Shown here in pieces: positions 61,801-64,000 of a stretch of 64,000 nt of DNA. Numbering within the stretch: the first letter of the stretch is position 1; each line of letters opens with the position of its first letter. Origin of the DNA: an uncultured bacterium (lineage in GTDB: Bacteria > Zhuqueibacterota > QNDG01 > DSAB01); contig CAZYVD010000006.1 in assembly GCA_964651045.1 (NCBI GenBank), forward strand, positions 8,570 to 72,569. Reading direction: 5' to 3'. The notes beneath the pieces were generated by a model that saw only the letters and a list, made by a program, of their open reading frames with translations, was not told where the DNA came from and did not search any database. The position numbers and the translations under genes were made by a program.

Positions 61801-62032
61801 ACTGATACTCTATTTCTTCGGGTGGCCTTTCGCCTGCCTTTAGTTCTATAAAGATTCTTGGATTATTGAGATCAGGAAAGAGATCTATTCCGAGTTTTTT
61901 AAAGGAGATATATCCGAGTAGAAATATACCAAGGACGACCATTAAGATTGTAATCGGATAGTTTACAGAAAATTGTGTGATTTTTTTCATGTTATTAAAA
62001 AATCCCCATTCCAAATGAACGATTGGCTGCAA
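58898..62032 (-). CDS. RND efflux permease (AcrB/HAE1-like), first of two tandem RND genes
   Basis: 1044 aa; 12 TM helices with two periplasmic loops; TM4 motif ALGAGMLVDNAIVVMENIF; canonical C-terminal end after TM12 (VIPCVYNVL). Confidence 0.85.
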   Translation of the reverse strand: MQPIVHLEWGFFNNMKKITQFSVNYPITILMVVLGIFLLGYISFKKLGIDLFPDLNNPRIFIELKAGERPPEEIEYQFVRNIESIAIRQKKVIQVSSISKVGSAQITVEYQNDADMEEAFLDLQKALTGYSQNSNIDLLNITQHNPNEEPVMIVGMYNPDIDDMDDLRKIAENYIRNELIRLEGIAEVEISGKEEKEVVIRTDPYLLRAYGIYPETITNRIQSINRNISGGTIVEMGTQYIIKGIGEFQSLDDIKNLIIDYRSQQNYQEISLQDSSAQRVPIFLKDVAEVNLSNKEPINIVRVNGKRCLGLSIYKETKFNTINAVNQLKKVLESIKKALPGYEFTIIQNQGDFIQKAVNEVKETGLIGVILAVVILYVFLRRIGTTAIISLAIPMSIVATFNLMYFTGLTINIMTLGGLALGAGMLVDNAIVVMENIFRNIESGLSIREASVTGTAQVGGAITASTITTIVVFLPIVYIHHAAGELFKDQALTVAFSLLSSLIVAILVIPMLTSKFLRKNVSTVGKSIRFEWYKKFLERVLKIKWYVIAAAAALIATGVLLFPIVGSEFIPYIDSGQFSVELILPEGTELRRTEQVVDNVENLFRRAIGKDLETLYARIGPSESFGSTENSILEGENSALIKIVLRPDREKSSEEIIENLSTIAQNIPDLEVKFIQDQTALQTVTGTESAPVVVEVKGKELSVIEELTEQVKNKMIEIKELFNVETSFEEGAPEIEVVVDRMRAGVYNITVNQITSQLRDRLMGKSAGQWESEGELKDITIRLPDVSIDQLRDIELTSGNRKILLDDVASIRITRAPKKILRRNQTRIGQVSAHIQSSRPFNHIIHEIESKLGSIDFPPDYRYEITGAEQKRKVAMRNLGFALILSVILVYMVLASTFESLVHPFTIILTIPLAVVGAILMFFIIGKPLNIIAVIGIIMLVGIAVNDSIILVDAITRLREKGISIEEAITEAGQRRIRPIIMTSLTTILALLPLTLGFGEGAALRAPMALAVIGGLVTSTLLTLLVIPCVYNVLEIARTSIRKK

Positions 62033-63082
62033 TCATCTTATTATCTTGACTCTTGAACGATTCTTAAGTGCTTCGAATCCCTTTATTATGAGTCTCTCAT
62101 TTTCCTCCAGTCCCTTTATGACTTCAACTTCTTCGGGATTTTCAAGGCCTGTGGTTATGGTCCTTTCTACAGCAACTCCCTTTCTAACTATAAATACTGT
62201 TTTTCCTCTTCGCCTCGACAGTATTATATCTTTTGGAATTACTATTGCACTATCCTTTCTTGCAACAATTATCTCTGCTTTGACAAACATGCCTGGTTTT
62301 ATGATTAAATTTTTATTGTCTATGATCATTGCTACTTTGAATGTCCTTGTCTCTGCATTTATCGCTGGTGAGACTTTCGTGATTTTACCAAGGAGGGTAT
62401 CTTCCTGTAGTGAGTAGTTGGTTATTCTAACGCTCTGTGATAAAGAAACTCTTCCCATCTCCTTTGCTGGAAGATTTACCTCCAGATAAAGCTGGTTGTA
62501 GTTCATAAGCCTTACCATTAACTGATTTGCCTGAACCCTGACCATTGGAGTGTAATATGGAAGATCTACGATAATTCCATCGAATGGTGCAGTTATGCTC
62601 ATTTTTGCTATTTGCAGAATTGCGTTATCGTAGTTATATTTTGCATTTATGTAGGCAAGTTCGGAATTTTTAAGCTCTCTGAGAGTCACTCCGCCTTTTT
62701 CATAGAGGGATTTTTGTTTTTCATATTCTCTTTTTGATATGTCAAGATTTAATCTTTTCGCCTCGATTGCTATGTTATTCTCATACTCCTCATCTTCAAG
62801 CCTGATCATGACCTTTCCTTTGGCTACCCAGTCACCAGGACCATACGGTCTCCCCGTATTTGGATTCATAAGGAGATTATAACGCCCAGAAATTTCAGAT
62901 TTGAGCGATACCTCCTTTATTGCCCTCACTGTTCCTGTCGATGTGATGAATTCTTCGATAGATTTTGGTTTTATCTCAACTACCGAAACCGGCACTGCTA
63001 TCTCGGTTTCGATGTTTGGCTCCTGTTTTCCACAGTTCAGCAGAAGAATAAAGACAGCCAGTAATAATGCTCTTTTCTTCAC
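62033..63082 (-). CDS. RND-type periplasmic adaptor (membrane-fusion protein, HlyD family); lipoprotein
   Basis: Lipobox LLLNCGK; coiled-coil hairpin plus lipoyl and beta-barrel regions. The stop abuts the RND start. Confidence 0.8.
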   Translation of the reverse strand: MKKRALLLAVFILLLNCGKQEPNIETEIAVPVSVVEIKPKSIEEFITSTGTVRAIKEVSLKSEISGRYNLLMNPNTGRPYGPGDWVAKGKVMIRLEDEEYENNIAIEAKRLNLDISKREYEKQKSLYEKGGVTLRELKNSELAYINAKYNYDNAILQIAKMSITAPFDGIIVDLPYYTPMVRVQANQLMVRLMNYNQLYLEVNLPAKEMGRVSLSQSVRITNYSLQEDTLLGKITKVSPAINAETRTFKVAMIIDNKNLIIKPGMFVKAEIIVARKDSAIVIPKDIILSRRRGKTVFIVRKGVAVERTITTGLENPEEVEVIKGLEENERLIIKGFEALKNRSRVKIIR

Positions 63083-63093
63083 CTGTTTACTCC

Positions 63094-63999
63094 TTATTTT
63101 ATTATTGATGGAACCACAGATTCATCCTTTTCAAAATCATATAGTGACTGGATCTTCATGTTCAGGAGTTCGAGTTTGTAGCTGATAAGTGAATTTATAA
63201 GGCTTTGCTTTTTTTGGGAAAGTTGTGTCTGATATAGCTGAAGGTCCATTCCTGTGAGGTCACCATTATTGTAGCGTTCAAGATTGATATCATAAGTCCG
63301 CTGCGCGTTTTCGACATTTTTCCTTGCAAGTTCGATCTGGGTTTCGAGGTTCTTGAGGTTGCGGTAAACATTTCTGATTGCAATAATAATGTTTTTCTTC
63401 TCATCATCTAAGTCGAGTTTGCTGACCTCTATTGTTGCCTCAGAGGCCTTTATTCTCGATCTTTTCTCGCCCCAGTCAAAGAGTGGAATATTAAAAGAGA
63501 GGGCCACTCTTTGATTTTTTGTTGGAACATTGTAAATGTCTTGAAATTTTTCATCTGTGCCGATGATTCCATACGAAAGATTGACCGTTCCCTTGAACTC
63601 ATTAATTGCCGATGTTCGTATTAGATTGAAATATGCATTTTCAATATCGATCTTTTGTTGTCTCAACTCCATTCTGTATTTCAGCCCGTGATCTATTGCC
63701 TTTTGCAGGTCGATCTTTATCGGTTGATAATTGACGTCCGCTACTACATCGATCTGCTCAAAGAGGGATATTCCGATTAATTTTTTTAAATTATCCTTTG
63801 CATTCTCAAGAGATACTTCACTGTTCTGTACTTGCGATTTGCTTGAAGCAACATTCAATTCTGCCTGATAGAGCTCCTCCAATGGGGCAAGACCAGCATT
63901 TACTTTATTTTGTGTTATCTCATAATTTTTTTCATAGTTTTTGAGTTCTTCTTTTGCTATTTCAAGGCTCATTCTTGCCTGGTATACTGTAAAAAAACT
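63094..63999 (-). CDS. TolC-family outer-membrane efflux protein; partial, with the N-terminus beyond the window end
   Basis: Coiled-coil-rich repeats typical of outer-membrane factor (OMF) proteins (LLNMKIQSLYDF..., ELARKNVENAQRTYDINLERYNNG). The reading frame is open to the window edge. Confidence 0.7.
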   Translation of the reverse strand, partial: SFFTVYQARMSLEIAKEELKNYEKNYEITQNKVNAGLAPLEELYQAELNVASSKSQVQNSEVSLENAKDNLKKLIGISLFEQIDVVADVNYQPIKIDLQKAIDHGLKYRMELRQQKIDIENAYFNLIRTSAINEFKGTVNLSYGIIGTDEKFQDIYNVPTKNQRVALSFNIPLFDWGEKRSRIKASEATIEVSKLDLDDEKKNIIIAIRNVYRNLKNLETQIELARKNVENAQRTYDINLERYNNGDLTGMDLQLYQTQLSQKKQSLINSLISYKLELLNMKIQSLYDFEKDESVVPSIIK

Positions 64000-64000
64000 C

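Noticed and set aside
1-64000. CRISPR arrays, IS elements, integrases or a phage island, especially next to tRNA-Pro, which is a common integration target
   Set aside because: No direct-repeat/spacer periodicity was seen. No transposase-like or integrase-like ORF appears in the six-frame track. tRNA-Pro is followed directly by pepF and housekeeping genes.

Overview
This 64-kb window is a chromosomal segment from an AT-rich (roughly 35-40% GC by eye) bacterium that appears to be a diderm: it carries several outer-membrane beta-barrel proteins, a TolC-family gene and Tol-Pal/YbgF-like TPR proteins. Most of the window is densely packed housekeeping genes on both strands. These include tRNA-Pro(GGG) followed by pepF; a minus-strand operon of FAH-family hydrolase, NAD-dependent epimerase, MBL hydrolase and a sigma-54 enhancer-binding protein (EBP) lacking a regulatory domain; and pcm. 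There is a PspC-domain membrane pair, followed by a signal-transduction island: two paralogous PAS hybrid histidine kinases, a small kinase-like protein with a degenerate ATPase domain, an NtrC-type sigma-54 response regulator, and a receiver-PAS-HisKA protein with no ATPase. Further along are an M29-like aminopeptidase, a PqqD-like (RiPP recognition element, RRE) protein translationally coupled to an OPT oligopeptide transporter, ecfT, truA, a transaldolase/Fsa, an HtrA protease, purB-purC, psd-pssA and two tatA genes. A long minus-strand block then runs rpiB-glyA-dCMP deaminase-nrdR-rnfCDGEA-tatC, followed by mazG and mutL-miaA. The window ends in an efflux locus on the minus strand: TolC-like gene (partial at the window edge), membrane-fusion protein, RND pump, a second RND pump continuous in one 1578-aa ORF with an ABC-type ATPase, then an ABC-2 permease. 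That RND::ABC fusion locus is the most unusual feature I can see. Other notable points are three or four sigma-54 (-24/-12) promoter candidates placed in front of signalling and envelope genes, and a decayed GAF-PP2C phosphatase gene remnant next to tatC. All calls rest on motif recognition in the provided six-frame translations and on reading the DNA by eye; no database searches were possible.
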